From IMG/VR virus record IMGVR_UViG_3300009104_000020, positions 791 through 64,790 of that record: a stretch of DNA of 64,000 bases, one strand, 5' to 3'. Position 1 is the stretch's first letter. Each line of letters starts with the position of its first letter. A model generated the notes under the pieces. The model saw only the letters and a program-made list of their open reading frames with translations, did no database searches and was not told where the DNA came from. A program made the translations under genes and the position numbers. Below are positions 16,679 to 26,462 of the stretch, piece by piece. The DNA comes from a virus. Its lineage: Duplodnaviria > Caudoviricetes.

Positions 16679-18691
16679 ATGAGTTGGTTTGAAAAAGAAC
16701 TGGACTACGCAAGTGGTAACTACGACAGCGAAATAGATACACAGCCCTCAAAGGGTAGCCTTACGGGGAGACTGTGGGATTACATGGGGCCAACAAACTG
16801 GAACTGGAACTCTAGCGCAAGGTCTGATCCAGACAGGGAGAGCAGGGAAAAGATACAGCGAGAGGTGGCGGGTACGGTGAACCTGTTGAACAACAGCACG
16901 GACGGCAACGAGAAGTCGCTGAAGCTGGGGTTTGCCAACAACCATGACAGGCGAAACGATATAGGATCAGACACGGTCGTCATGCCAGCGGACATAGCAA
17001 CCTCGGCTGGGTCAGAGGAGAATGCGATTGATGTTATGTCAGGCATGGCGTTGATAGCATCGACAATGAAAGCAACGGTAGACTTCCATGCTTACGAGGA
17101 TGCTCTTCGGTTGGTCGAAACCTGTGGAACAAACAGGGCAGTAAAGGGTGGTCACTACATATGGACAGCGATTGAACAGGCAATAGCAAGGCGGGCTGTC
17201 TCTGATAAGTGGCCGGGGTTTGACTCCTACTTCGACGCGCATCGAAACTATTCCTCCCGTGTAGAGGGTAAGGACATAGACAAGATGATCGAGGTAGACA
17301 AGGCAAAGGGAGTTGCGGGCGGCATAAGTAGAGGCACGGCGATGGTAGCTGCTGCATTCAACACCCTGAACCCAAGGGAAGCCAAGCTAATGAGCGATGG
17401 AAGGATGCATAAGGTAATGAACCTGATCGCAGACATAGCGTTGGACAGCGAGAAGAAGGACAGGTTTGCCAAGTCAACTAACATAGCTGATTTTATTTAT
17501 CGGGCCTTCGAGAGCGAGGAGGATGAAGAGGATGGGGACGGTGAGGGAGACGAGAGCGGGGGCGAAAACAAGCCAGAGGAAGGGGGCAAGGAAGGAGACA
17601 AGGATAATGAAGAGGAGAGCAAGGATAATAAAGAGGAGGACAATCCGTTTAAGAACCTCCCGGATCAGGCAGACATGAGCTTGTTCGGTAACGAAGTTAA
17701 CCACCTCTTGTCGGACGATGAAGAACCGTTGCCTGTTGATGAGCTAGTCCTTCCCAGAATCTCAACCAGAGAGGGAGGCCCAGCAAACATATTGGTGTAC
17801 GGCTACCCTAAATCGTTGGTCAAGGCGAGGCAGAAAAAGTACAAGGATAAGGTGAGTGAACTGAAGGGAGAGATCAGAGCCGTGGTCAACAGCCTATTGT
17901 TTATGAACAACCACCCTGAAAGCCACATCCACGGAATGCGACACGGCACACTTGACTCCGGCTCACTTCACAAGCTGGCTATTGATACTGATAACCCAAC
18001 AGTATTTGAGCAGGTGGAAAACATAACCGGCAAGAGGATAGCTGTGTCCCTGCTGATAGACAGGTCAGGCTCGATGATTGCGACCTCAACATACGACGAG
18101 GAAAGGGTGGCAAAGACAACCAGACAAGATGACGCCAACCAAGTTGCGATGATACTTATTGAGGCATTGAGCAAAATTGATGGCATCAACCTGAATGTTC
18201 ACACTCATTGCACATACCCCCACCGTCCAGCGGAACTAAAGAAGGAGATTCATACGGGGCATACCGGCACGATCAGCGACGACATGACAATCCACGACAT
18301 AGTAGTGAATGGTGATGACGCAAGGGAAATGCTTGTCGATCTCTCTCCCGGCGGCAACAACCTCGACGGGTATGCCATCAAGTATATAGCTGAAGGGATG
18401 AGCAAGGACTACCATGACTATGACGACAGGGTTCTGTTTGTTATTAGTGATGGCCAACCCCACGCCAGTTACTACGGAGATTACGGTGCGATGCGCCATG
18501 TTGGAGACTGTTGCTCGTTTAGCAGGGAGGTTTACGGAACAGATGTTTACGGGATAGGCGTGGCCAACGCATTCGACGAAGACGAAGGGAAGACAATGTA
18601 CGGGGAGGACAAGTTCATAATACTGGAAGATGTGACACCATCTATTAAGGTGATGACCTCGTTCCTTCGCAAGGTAGCAGTTAAGAGATAA
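16679..18691 (+). CDS. vWA-domain protein (CobT-like) partnering the AAA+ ATPase
   Basis: G.LD..SL, LLIDRSGSM MIDAS, N.DG.AI, VISDGQP, GIGV; acidic linker; GAAAGGA SD before ATG 16679. Confidence 0.88.
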   Translation: MSWFEKELDYASGNYDSEIDTQPSKGSLTGRLWDYMGPTNWNWNSSARSDPDRESREKIQREVAGTVNLLNNSTDGNEKSLKLGFANNHDRRNDIGSDTVVMPADIATSAGSEENAIDVMSGMALIASTMKATVDFHAYEDALRLVETCGTNRAVKGGHYIWTAIEQAIARRAVSDKWPGFDSYFDAHRNYSSRVEGKDIDKMIEVDKAKGVAGGISRGTAMVAAAFNTLNPREAKLMSDGRMHKVMNLIADIALDSEKKDRFAKSTNIADFIYRAFESEEDEEDGDGEGDESGGENKPEEGGKEGDKDNEEESKDNKEEDNPFKNLPDQADMSLFGNEVNHLLSDDEEPLPVDELVLPRISTREGGPANILVYGYPKSLVKARQKKYKDKVSELKGEIRAVVNSLLFMNNHPESHIHGMRHGTLDSGSLHKLAIDTDNPTVFEQVENITGKRIAVSLLIDRSGSMIATSTYDEERVAKTTRQDDANQVAMILIEALSKIDGINLNVHTHCTYPHRPAELKKEIHTGHTGTISDDMTIHDIVVNGDDAREMLVDLSPGGNNLDGYAIKYIAEGMSKDYHDYDDRVLFVISDGQPHASYYGDYGAMRHVGDCCSFSREVYGTDVYGIGVANAFDEDEGKTMYGEDKFIILEDVTPSIKVMTSFLRKVAVKR

Positions 18692-18698
18692 ATAATTT

Positions 18699-18804
18699 GC
18701 GGTTCGGATCGTGGGCGCAAGGAAGCTTACACCTTGATCGTCTTGGAAATCCGTTAACAGGGCATGGCTGGCCTTTCCTTTTAGCCACCCCTCTGCCCTG
18801 CCGC
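18699..18804 (+). other. Intergenic branched stem-loop element
   Basis: GCGG/CCGC closing CGGAT/ATCCG and CAGGGCA/TGCCCTG + TGGCTG/TAGCCA arms. Confidence 0.4.
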
Positions 18805-18814
18805 CTCAATTACA

Positions 18815-19405
18815 ATGAAACCAATGAAACCAATGAAACATAAAAGAACCAGTTGCAGTTGTAGTAAATGCAAACACGGATGCACGGTCATGCCTGGATA
18901 CCTAATGCCAAGCGACCTAAAGGGATACCTAACCGAGAAGGAAGGAAGGTATAGGCTGGTGCATGAGAACCTGTTGGCAAGCGAGGGAACATATGTCCTA
19001 CAGATAGACAAAAGAACAGGAGAGGTGGACAAGTTCCGTATACCAACACTTGTTCCCGCCGTAAGGGAGGATGGTAGTTGTCTCCATTACAAGGACGGCA
19101 AGTGCGGGGTTCATAAGGATAGTCCTACTGGATGCAAGATGTTCAATGCTTGTGCTGTTGGCAAGAAGAGAGACAGGCAGGATGAAATGTCAAGGGAGCT
19201 TCAGTTCGAGTTGATGAATGTGTGGGCTAGATGCCAAGCAGCAGAGGAGGGGGTGAGCAAGGAGGAAAGAGAGAAGCTAGGGTTGAGTGACCCAACAGAA
19301 GATGAGCGGATGTATTGCAGGACATGGCACTACCTGTGGCAGATAGGAAAGAGAAAGGAAAACGCAGCAGAAACAATAACAAAGTATCAGGAAGGAGTTA
19401 ACTAA
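18815..19405 (+). CDS. YkgJ-like cysteine-cluster protein
   Basis: CSCSKC..GC..MPG, CLHY...KC.VH...P.GC.MF. Confidence 0.7.
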   Translation: MKPMKPMKHKRTSCSCSKCKHGCTVMPGYLMPSDLKGYLTEKEGRYRLVHENLLASEGTYVLQIDKRTGEVDKFRIPTLVPAVREDGSCLHYKDGKCGVHKDSPTGCKMFNACAVGKKRDRQDEMSRELQFELMNVWARCQAAEEGVSKEEREKLGLSDPTEDERMYCRTWHYLWQIGKRKENAAETITKYQEGVN

Positions 19406-19714
19406 ATGAGTGAAAGCATAAAGATAGAAGGCCCCATTGATGTAATCAAGAACGCACACGATATACTTGAAGGAGACTGTGCAATCCCAAAGATCAAGGC
19501 AGCGGACACCGTTATGTCGGGGACAGACTGGCCTGCCATGTTGGCGGCTATACTAGACAAGGACGAAATGGCAATAAAGACAATGATGGTTTACCTGTCG
19601 TTCGTTCAGACAGCAGTAAGGGAGGCAGTCGGCAGCCTGCCCTTGTTTAATCCATACATAAAGGGAAGCCTGTTAGCAACGGGGCCAAAAGAAAATCAAT
19701 TCGGAAACAACTAA
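19406..19714 (+). CDS. Hypothetical protein
   Basis: AGGAG SD; operon context. Confidence 0.6.
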   Translation: MSESIKIEGPIDVIKNAHDILEGDCAIPKIKAADTVMSGTDWPAMLAAILDKDEMAIKTMMVYLSFVQTAVREAVGSLPLFNPYIKGSLLATGPKENQFGNN

Positions 19715-19729
19715 TGAAAGGAAAAATAA

Positions 19730-20020
19730 ATGAGTAACCCATGCGATGGTGGCGATATGTGTAACGGACAAACAGACGGCGAGACTCGCTTGCTGCCTGT
19801 TGGAGGCAATGGAAACTTAATCCTTTGTCGTGAATGCTATAAGGTTGAGTTGAGCTTCAGGTTCAACAGAATAATAGGCAAGCCCGGTCATGGCACGGAA
19901 GGAATCGAACAGGATATGCCAACATGGGAGAGCCTAACAGTAAGCAGCGAGAAGGTGCAGCCTGTAGCCGACCCAACGGAAGTGTATCGACGCAACAACC
20001 AGAAACCAAAAAAGCAATGA
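19730..20020 (+). CDS. Hypothetical Cys-containing protein
   Basis: GAAAGGA SD; NPCDG..C ... NLILCREC. Confidence 0.6.
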   Translation: MSNPCDGGDMCNGQTDGETRLLPVGGNGNLILCRECYKVELSFRFNRIIGKPGHGTEGIEQDMPTWESLTVSSEKVQPVADPTEVYRRNNQKPKKQ

Positions 20021-20475
20021 GTAAAGAAATACATGGCAAATACACGGAGCCGGACATCCTCAAGTTCAAGAAGGAGGAGGTGCAGAAAACAATCGAATGG
20101 ACAATCAAGAACCCAGACAGCAAGGGGGTGTGGTGGGGAGGGTACAAGGATGACGAAAGGGGAATGCTCAAGGTGCAGGACTCAAAGGAACCCACGATAC
20201 TGATTGTTGGTGACGATGGTGTTTACATTATGCCGGGAGGTTCTGGCATCTGGGGGAAGGACACAAAACTGGCATATGCTGAAGGGTGCAACCCGAACAA
20301 GGACGACTTCGATGATTGGTGGGCATTAAAGGGAAACACATGGGGGGGAGACGACGGCATTGAATCTCTAAAGGTGAAGGAGATCCAGCCAATACTAGAC
20401 AAGTGCAAGACGCATCTAATCGTAGCCTTTAAGGAGGAGGACGGTAAGGATGTATTCGACATAACACACGACTAA
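20017..20475 (+). CDS. DUF3085-family protein
   Basis: LIVGDDGVYIM, AYAEGCNP, WW......GGDD..E. Confidence 0.75.
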   Translation: MSKEIHGKYTEPDILKFKKEEVQKTIEWTIKNPDSKGVWWGGYKDDERGMLKVQDSKEPTILIVGDDGVYIMPGGSGIWGKDTKLAYAEGCNPNKDDFDDWWALKGNTWGGDDGIESLKVKEIQPILDKCKTHLIVAFKEEDGKDVFDITHD

Positions 20476-20488
20476 AGAAAGGAAACAC

Positions 20489-20764
20489 ATGGAAAAGAAA
20501 AAAGAGAACGAAAGACTGAGCAAGAAGACAAGAAGCCAAAAGGATGCTGACCTGAAGAACCTAATCAAGAAAGGCAGGAAGGTGTACAACATGGTCGACA
20601 GACTAGAGGATCAATGGACAGAGATTAAGGACTGTTACATGAGCGATCTAGTCAGGTTGTTCAATGTTAATTGCCGCCTGTCGCAAGCAATGGATCGCTG
20701 CAAGGAGAAGTATGTGAGCAGCGAATACAGGGAAGGCGCAACACATGAGGATGTATACAAATGA
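20489..20764 (+). CDS. Hypothetical protein
   Basis: GAAAGGA SD. Confidence 0.6.
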   Translation: MEKKKENERLSKKTRSQKDADLKNLIKKGRKVYNMVDRLEDQWTEIKDCYMSDLVRLFNVNCRLSQAMDRCKEKYVSSEYREGATHEDVYK

Positions 20765-21027
20765 TAGTAGTTAGACTGATAACAACATTCACATACAACC
20801 TACTGCGGAAAGGGAAAGACTATGCCTTGTTCTCTGTGATGATGAGGCTGCTCGGTTCCTTCTACAACAGGGTTGGTGTTTACAAGGAAGGCGAAGCCCT
20901 TTATGCGGCGACGAACGAATACAACCTGCAACAATGCATGACAACATACCTAAATGAAGAAGATAATAATAGTAGCGATAGCGATAGTGATGATCCCTCT
21001 CATGTGGGGGAAGGACAATGTAACTGA
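20761..21027 (+). CDS. Hypothetical protein
   Basis: ATGA coupling. Confidence 0.45.
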   Translation: MIVVRLITTFTYNLLRKGKDYALFSVMMRLLGSFYNRVGVYKEGEALYAATNEYNLQQCMTTYLNEEDNNSSDSDSDDPSHVGEGQCN

Positions 21028-21316
21028 ATGCTCGTGGTACGGGGACAAGTACAAGGGCAAACCTATGGCAAGCAAGGTCAAGTTCGACCCGGCAAAGCCA
21101 TACATAGCAAGCTGGGACTACCCGTTCGGGACATGGCTCCGGCTAGAGTACGGCACTAACAGAGTGGTGGGTATCGTGATGGATCGGGGGCCGAGGCGTG
21201 ACCTATACCACAAGGGGCGCAAGCTGGACATAAGCAAGAGCCTCTTCAAGAAGTTGGTTGGCGACCTCGATGTCGGGGTGGTCAAGGTTAAATACAGAAA
21301 GGTAAAAGTATTATGA
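20954..21316 (+). CDS. RlpA-like double-psi beta-barrel lytic transglycosylase
   Basis: Signal/anchor sequence, SWYG...G..MAS...FD, PFGT.L, V.DRGP, R.LD.S...F. Confidence 0.85.
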   Translation: MKKIIIVAIAIVMIPLMWGKDNVTECSWYGDKYKGKPMASKVKFDPAKPYIASWDYPFGTWLRLEYGTNRVVGIVMDRGPRRDLYHKGRKLDISKSLFKKLVGDLDVGVVKVKYRKVKVL

Positions 21317-21876
21317 GTATAGCAGCACTAGATAAACTAAAGAAAACTACCACCAAGAAGGTGGACACAAGTGGCAAGCACCCCGTTTGTACCGACGAAG
21401 AGATTGTCGAGCAGATGGAGGAGATGCAAAACCTCAAGCCAGCAGCAAAGGCATACGAGGCAACGGGCAAGCTGATAAAGGAAGCGATAGTTGACATACA
21501 CTATAAGCATTACAGCGGGAAGGCGATGACAACAGGGACATGGAAGGCTGGCCCCGGAACCATCACCATGTCGAACAGCTACCGAAAGGTAGAGAAGGAG
21601 GCGTTGGCAAACATAAACCCCAACCTGCCAAGCCAGTTCGACACATCATACGAGGTATCCATTAAGAGCGAGATGATACCAACTGGTGTGCAGGACGAGG
21701 TGTTCAGCAGGCTGATCGGAGTGTTGGAGGAAGCTGGTTGTGTGGATGCCATCTCGGTGAAGGAGAAGTGCAAGCCAAAGGAGGGATTCCACAGCGAGAG
21801 GCACATGGACTACTCCCTAGAGGAGAACCTAGAAATACACAACCTCGTGCCATGCACGGTATCTGTAAGAGTATGA
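21313..21876 (+). CDS. Hypothetical protein
   Basis: ATGA coupling; 187 aa. Confidence 0.7.
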   Translation: MSIAALDKLKKTTTKKVDTSGKHPVCTDEEIVEQMEEMQNLKPAAKAYEATGKLIKEAIVDIHYKHYSGKAMTTGTWKAGPGTITMSNSYRKVEKEALANINPNLPSQFDTSYEVSIKSEMIPTGVQDEVFSRLIGVLEEAGCVDAISVKEKCKPKEGFHSERHMDYSLEENLEIHNLVPCTVSVRV

Positions 21877-22500
21877 TAACACTTTGCACCATAAGCGGCA
21901 TCCGTGTTCAGTACATCAATGCTCGTAAAGAAACCGAAGGGTTATACGAAGTGTTGGTTTACGCAGAGACAGAGGATGGCAAGAAGCTCGTCGCATTGTG
22001 GGACACAGACGGAAACGGTGTCACCGCTATTGATGGGCTTACTGATGAGGAATCGGATGAGGTTTATTACGAGGTGTTTCACCCCGGCCAAGCTGGAGAA
22101 TCAGTTAAGACGCGAGATGAGTAAAAAGAAAAAGATAATAGGAATAGATGGCGGCAATGTCGTTGGAGTTCCGGTTAGTGACCCTGATCGCTACCGAAAC
22201 TGGACGGACTTGGACAATGAGGAACCCTATGAGGCTCCCGGTGCGACCAAGAAAAGGACAGGAAAAAAGAAACCAAAACAAAACGATGCAAGTAGTTGAC
22301 TACATAAACGACACGATATGCGAAGCAACGGACGAAGGACAGGAGCAGGACGCCCTGTTGGCAGCCGTGATGAGGGGCAAGGTAACACTAACCTACAACC
22401 CAGACCTCGACGCACTTCACCTGCACAGGGAGATTCCCAAGATGGTGGATTGGTATAAGGGCTTCAAGGAAGAGGAAGCGTTCAACGACCTATTAAGATT

Positions 22501-22836
22501 ATGTCCGGCATTACAACCAAGCGAATTAGAATTGGCGCACTAACCGTGTACATAGGGAGAGACAGGGACTTGGTGTTGCGCCAAGTGTTCAACGACTTCC
22601 CTGACAAGGTGGTGCTGAACGGAAGCGACTGCTCGGTTGACCCGATGTCGTGGATATCAATGCACATAAGGAAGTGGCAGATAAAACCTGTCGCCTTCTT
22701 TCACACCGGCCCATCCGCAGATTTCTGGAGCGGGGTGGTGATAGACAGGGACGACCTGCTTGAGGTTAAGCAGAAGTTCAAACGCGAGTTCAATATGCCA
22801 ATGGAGGAAGCAATAGAAATATGGAAGAAGGAATAG
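22501..22836 (+). CDS. Hypothetical protein
   Basis: ORF in operon; several small overlapping ORFs with uncertain starts lie in 21.87-22.54 kb. Confidence 0.45.
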   Translation: MSGITTKRIRIGALTVYIGRDRDLVLRQVFNDFPDKVVLNGSDCSVDPMSWISMHIRKWQIKPVAFFHTGPSADFWSGVVIDRDDLLEVKQKFKREFNMPMEEAIEIWKKE

Positions 22837-23432
22837 TACCTAACCAAGACAAGATGATAAGTTACCCAGCCCGACCAACAAACGGTGGCCCAATAGATAA
22901 AGTAACTGTGCCGAAGAAAGGCAAGTGGTTCTATGAGCCAAAGTATAATGGTTGGAGGGCATTGATCCATGTTCCTACAGGCAGGATGTGGAACAGGCAC
23001 GGCGAACCGCTGACCATAGAGTCACACTTCAAGACTGCGATATCCCAGCTACAGGAGACAGACCTGGAGTGGGCAGACTGCGAGGCGTTGGAGAGGCGAC
23101 ACAGTATGGGCAGAGGGTCGTTGATAGTGTTTGACTACCCAATGATACCGAACTGCGAGTGGTTCTTTCGCAAGCTGGTGATTGAACAGTCGGGGCTGCC
23201 TAACATTGGGGACTTGAAGGCTCCTCCTAAACCGGGTGCTTACACCTGCCCTGTTATAGCAGAGGAGATGGTAGACGGATACTGGCAGAGCATGAAGGAG
23301 TTCAACGAGCTGGAAGGATGTGAGTTCTTCGAGGGGCTGGTGGCCAAGAAGGCAGACAGTAAGTATCCCTTGCAGCTACGCAGCCCTAACGAGAAGTACG
23401 CATACTGGATAAAGCACAGATACAAAGCATGA
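22821..23432 (+). CDS. ATP-dependent ligase adenylation domain without OB domain
   Basis: Motifs I EPKYNGWR, III DCE, IIIa VFD, IV EGLVAK, V WIK; ORF ends right after motif V. Confidence 0.85.
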   Translation: MEEGIVPNQDKMISYPARPTNGGPIDKVTVPKKGKWFYEPKYNGWRALIHVPTGRMWNRHGEPLTIESHFKTAISQLQETDLEWADCEALERRHSMGRGSLIVFDYPMIPNCEWFFRKLVIEQSGLPNIGDLKAPPKPGAYTCPVIAEEMVDGYWQSMKEFNELEGCEFFEGLVAKKADSKYPLQLRSPNEKYAYWIKHRYKA

Positions 23433-23632
23433 TTGACTACAATCACGGAGAGGGCCGGGACTATTCCGGCTGGGACAAAGACAAGCTCCAAAAGGAATAC
23501 GAAAAGACTACCAAGGAGATCGTTGAGTTACACACCAAGCACGGGCTTACTGAAAGCTGGAAGGTGTCACGCAAGCTGGATGTTCTATGTGCAATGAAGT
23601 TCAAGATGGAGTTAGCATTAGATGAAGACTGA
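23429..23632 (+). CDS. Hypothetical protein
   Basis: ATGA coupling. Confidence 0.55.
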   Translation: MIDYNHGEGRDYSGWDKDKLQKEYEKTTKEIVELHTKHGLTESWKVSRKLDVLCAMKFKMELALDED

Positions 23633-24008
23633 AACAACAACCATAATGAAAAGAAAACTAGGCAAATGCCAGAAGACAGGGCAAGAACACGCTCGCATCT
23701 GGATAGAAAACAACAAGCTGTCAGAGAGCGGATTCATTCCTAACTCTCACTACACAACGGAATGGCAGCACTCGATAGAGTTGTGGGATGAGGCTATCAA
23801 GAACTCTATCAACGATCCCCCTACTCTCAGGCTGTGGCTGATGGAGGATGAGGACATTGCAGCAGAGGTACGCAAGGTGACTGACAAGAAGGGCAAATCA
23901 GTCATCGACCTGACCGGCTGGGTTATCAAGCAGTTCTTCGAGGGATACACTCATTACACCGTTGAATATGCGAAGGGGGTTATCACAATAAGGGGGGCGA
24001 ATGAGTAA
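23622..24008 (+). CDS. AbrB/SymE-like protein of the type found beside or fused to C5 methylases
   Basis: RIWIE...L...GF, RKV..K....VID, V.Y..G.ITI. Confidence 0.5.
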   Translation: MKTETTTIMKRKLGKCQKTGQEHARIWIENNKLSESGFIPNSHYTTEWQHSIELWDEAIKNSINDPPTLRLWLMEDEDIAAEVRKVTDKKGKSVIDLTGWVIKQFFEGYTHYTVEYAKGVITIRGANE

Positions 24009-24591
24009 GTTAATCCTATCCCTTTGTGATTACAGCGGCAGGTGGAGTGAGCCGTACAAGGAGGCGGGGTACGAAGTGTTACAGGTGGATGTTAAGCTTG
24101 GGTTTGATGTTCGCTTAATCCCGAAGATAGACACCAAGGTACACGGTATATTGATGGCCCCTCCATGCACCGAGTTTGCGGTGTCAGGAGCAAGGCATTG
24201 GAAAGGCAAGGCAAAGGACACCCCGGAAAAACTTCTGGACAACCTAGCCTTGGTTGATGCCTGTCTTCGTGCGGCAGTAATCTATGATCCTGAATGGTGG
24301 GTGCTGGAGAATCCTGTTGGCAGGCTGAAGAAGTGGATAGGTAACAAGGTGTATTCATTCCACCCTCACGAGTTCGCTGGCTGGCTGCCGGTGAGTGAGC
24401 AAGAGGAGGAACAGTACACCAAGTACACCTGTCTATGGGGCAGGTTCAATGAGCCAGAGAAAAGGGAACTACCTCCCGTGTTAGGCTCGAAGATGTGGGC
24501 CAAGTACGGAGGGAAATCAGAAAGGACAAAGGAGATGCGGAGCCAGACACCAAGAGGGTTCGCTCGCGCATTCTTCGAGGCAAACAAATGA
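24001..24591 (+). CDS. Phage DNA cytosine-C5 methyltransferase (short form)
   Basis: ILSLCD.SG, PPCT.F..SG, LENPVG, TK.TCLWG, RS.TP.GFA.AF. Confidence 0.85.
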   Translation: MSKLILSLCDYSGRWSEPYKEAGYEVLQVDVKLGFDVRLIPKIDTKVHGILMAPPCTEFAVSGARHWKGKAKDTPEKLLDNLALVDACLRAAVIYDPEWWVLENPVGRLKKWIGNKVYSFHPHEFAGWLPVSEQEEEQYTKYTCLWGRFNEPEKRELPPVLGSKMWAKYGGKSERTKEMRSQTPRGFARAFFEANK

Positions 24592-24806
24592 AGACACCTA
24601 GACACACAACCCATGTTCGATTGGACACGAGGGTAGACGGAACAAAGCGCATGGCATTGCTGGCCGTGAAAGATATGGACTGCCTAGCTGGATCAGCAGG
24701 GAAGCTGACATTCCTACAGCAGTTACGAGGCAACAGGTACAAAGAGCTTGGGTCATTCGCCTTCGATGGTAAGTGGCCTATAACAGAGAAAGAAAACAAA
24801 CAAACA

Positions 24807-25342
24807 TGAAGAGCATGAAGTGTAAAGAATGCGGCTGCGACGCTGACGAGTTCGTTGAATGCCGTGACGAAAGCAAGAAGCATAAATCCTGCGGAGCCGT
24901 GTGGTGCGTAGGCTGTTACGAGAAGTCGGAGGAATGGTTCCACGAAAGCGAGGATGCCCTGCCTGTGGCAGACGGGGTGATTGTGAACACAGACCTATGC
25001 CCCAAGTGCGCCAGTCGACCGCCTGTTACGGACATACCTTTATTGGAAAAAATATATCGTTGCTGCTGGTCGAACCCGGAGATTGATAGCGGAGTTGGGG
25101 CGTTGCCTGACGGAAAGCATGACGGCTTCATTAGGAGCATCAATAAGGATGTGGTCTACCGCGAGTGGATTGAGATTAAGGACGGGAAGCTCGTTCTGGA
25201 AAGCCTGTTCAATATGGTCAGCAAGAATATAGTGGGTTACGAAGATGGAGAGGGAGACGCGCCGCCTGACCCTGACCATAGGTTTATTGAGCGGGTTTGG
25301 GTGAACGAGAAGGGACAAGTAGAGGTTTTTTTAGGGAGCTAA
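24807..25342 (+). CDS. Cys-rich zinc-finger hypothetical protein
   Basis: Several CxxC pairs; start approximate. Confidence 0.55.
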
Positions 25343-25348
25343 CCAAGC

Positions 25349-25645
25349 ATGAGCATACAACTACACGAAACAGTAATGGGGAAGCGACTCATCGAGCATA
25401 CGCTTCCGAGGATAGGCAATGCGCTTGAAAGGATAGCCAAAGCTATGGAGAGGCCAAAGGAGAAGGATTGGTATGTGGTGTTTACTACAACGCACGACCT
25501 ATTCAACGAAGGCAAGACAATAGACAGCACGCAGATGTTTGAGTCTAAAGAGGAAGCTAGGGTTGCGTACAAAAAAGCGATGGAGTTAGAGAACCTTCAC
25601 AGCTTGGGCATGGCCAGGTTAATGGAAGGAACTGATTGGGTATGA
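25349..25645 (+). CDS. Hypothetical protein
   Basis: HET.MGKR....LPRI..ALERIA motif common in phages. Confidence 0.65.
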   Translation: MSIQLHETVMGKRLIEHTLPRIGNALERIAKAMERPKEKDWYVVFTTTHDLFNEGKTIDSTQMFESKEEARVAYKKAMELENLHSLGMARLMEGTDWV

Positions 25646-26202
25646 CAGACATACATTGGAGGTTCAATCAGAATATACTTGAAAACTTCGATAGGGAGAC
25701 AAGCCATCGCGATCTGCTTTCTGTAACCTTGAGAACAATGTCAGGGCGATACATCACAACAGTAGGCAAACTGCATACTAGGGCTATCACCTTTGCCCAG
25801 GCCAAGGAGCTGGTTGAAGATTGGCACAACCACCTCAAGCCACCAGTAGGGTGGAAGTTTGGATTAGCAATTCAGGACGACATTGGAATTGTAGGTGTTA
25901 TTACTGTTGGTCGTCCCATTGCCCGGAAGCTGGATGACGGTTCAACACTAGAGATTACGAGGTGTGCGCTGATGGATGAGGGTATAAAGAATGCAGCATC
26001 CATGATGATCGGCGCAGCTTGCAAGGCAGCACAGTCACAAGGCTACAAGAGGATGATTAGCTACACGCTTACGAATGAGGACGGGGTTTCGTATAAAGCT
26101 GCGGGATTCCACCACGATCACACCAGTTCAGGCGGGTTGCGCCCGAAAAGAAAAAACGATCACCCAACAGGCCCAAAGAAAAGGTGGGTTAAATACTTAT
26201 GA
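25636..26202 (+). CDS. XF1762-family GNAT/Mom-like protein
   Basis: H.H..PP.G.KF, VGRP.AR.LDDG.TLE.TR, NA.S, GY.R.ISYTL..E.G.S.KAAG. Confidence 0.85.
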   Translation: MGMTDIHWRFNQNILENFDRETSHRDLLSVTLRTMSGRYITTVGKLHTRAITFAQAKELVEDWHNHLKPPVGWKFGLAIQDDIGIVGVITVGRPIARKLDDGSTLEITRCALMDEGIKNAASMMIGAACKAAQSQGYKRMISYTLTNEDGVSYKAAGFHHDHTSSGGLRPKRKNDHPTGPKKRWVKYL

Positions 26203-26411
26203 CAGTAACATCAAAAACAGCAGCGGACAGGATGCTCAAAGACCCAGAGATTGTGAGGGTGTATGAGTATGAGAGTAAAACGACAGGCGAAAAGATGTGG
26301 GCCTGCTTCACTAAAGAGGGAACACGGTACGACGACATGGCTAGCTCCCCCTATGTTGGGGACTATGTACTGTTGAAGAACACATACGACGGAGTTGGTT
26401 TTATTCCCTAA
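26199..26411 (+). CDS. Hypothetical protein
   Basis: ATGA coupling. Confidence 0.55.
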   Translation: MTVTSKTAADRMLKDPEIVRVYEYESKTTGEKMWACFTKEGTRYDDMASSPYVGDYVLLKNTYDGVGFIP

Positions 26412-26427
26412 CCTCCACGCCATTCCC

Positions 26428-26458
26428 TTGACACGGGGAAAAACTATAGTAACACTAA
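26428..26458 (+). promoter_or_regulatory. Promoter overlapping GTAACACTAA motif
   Basis: TTGACA-N17-AACACT; GTG start 6 nt later. Confidence 0.55.
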
Positions 26459-26462
26459 ATGC

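Noticed and set aside
18813-18840. 9-bp tandem repeat CAATGAAAC at gene start
   Set aside because: Simple MKP repeat giving alternative starts; no evidence of function
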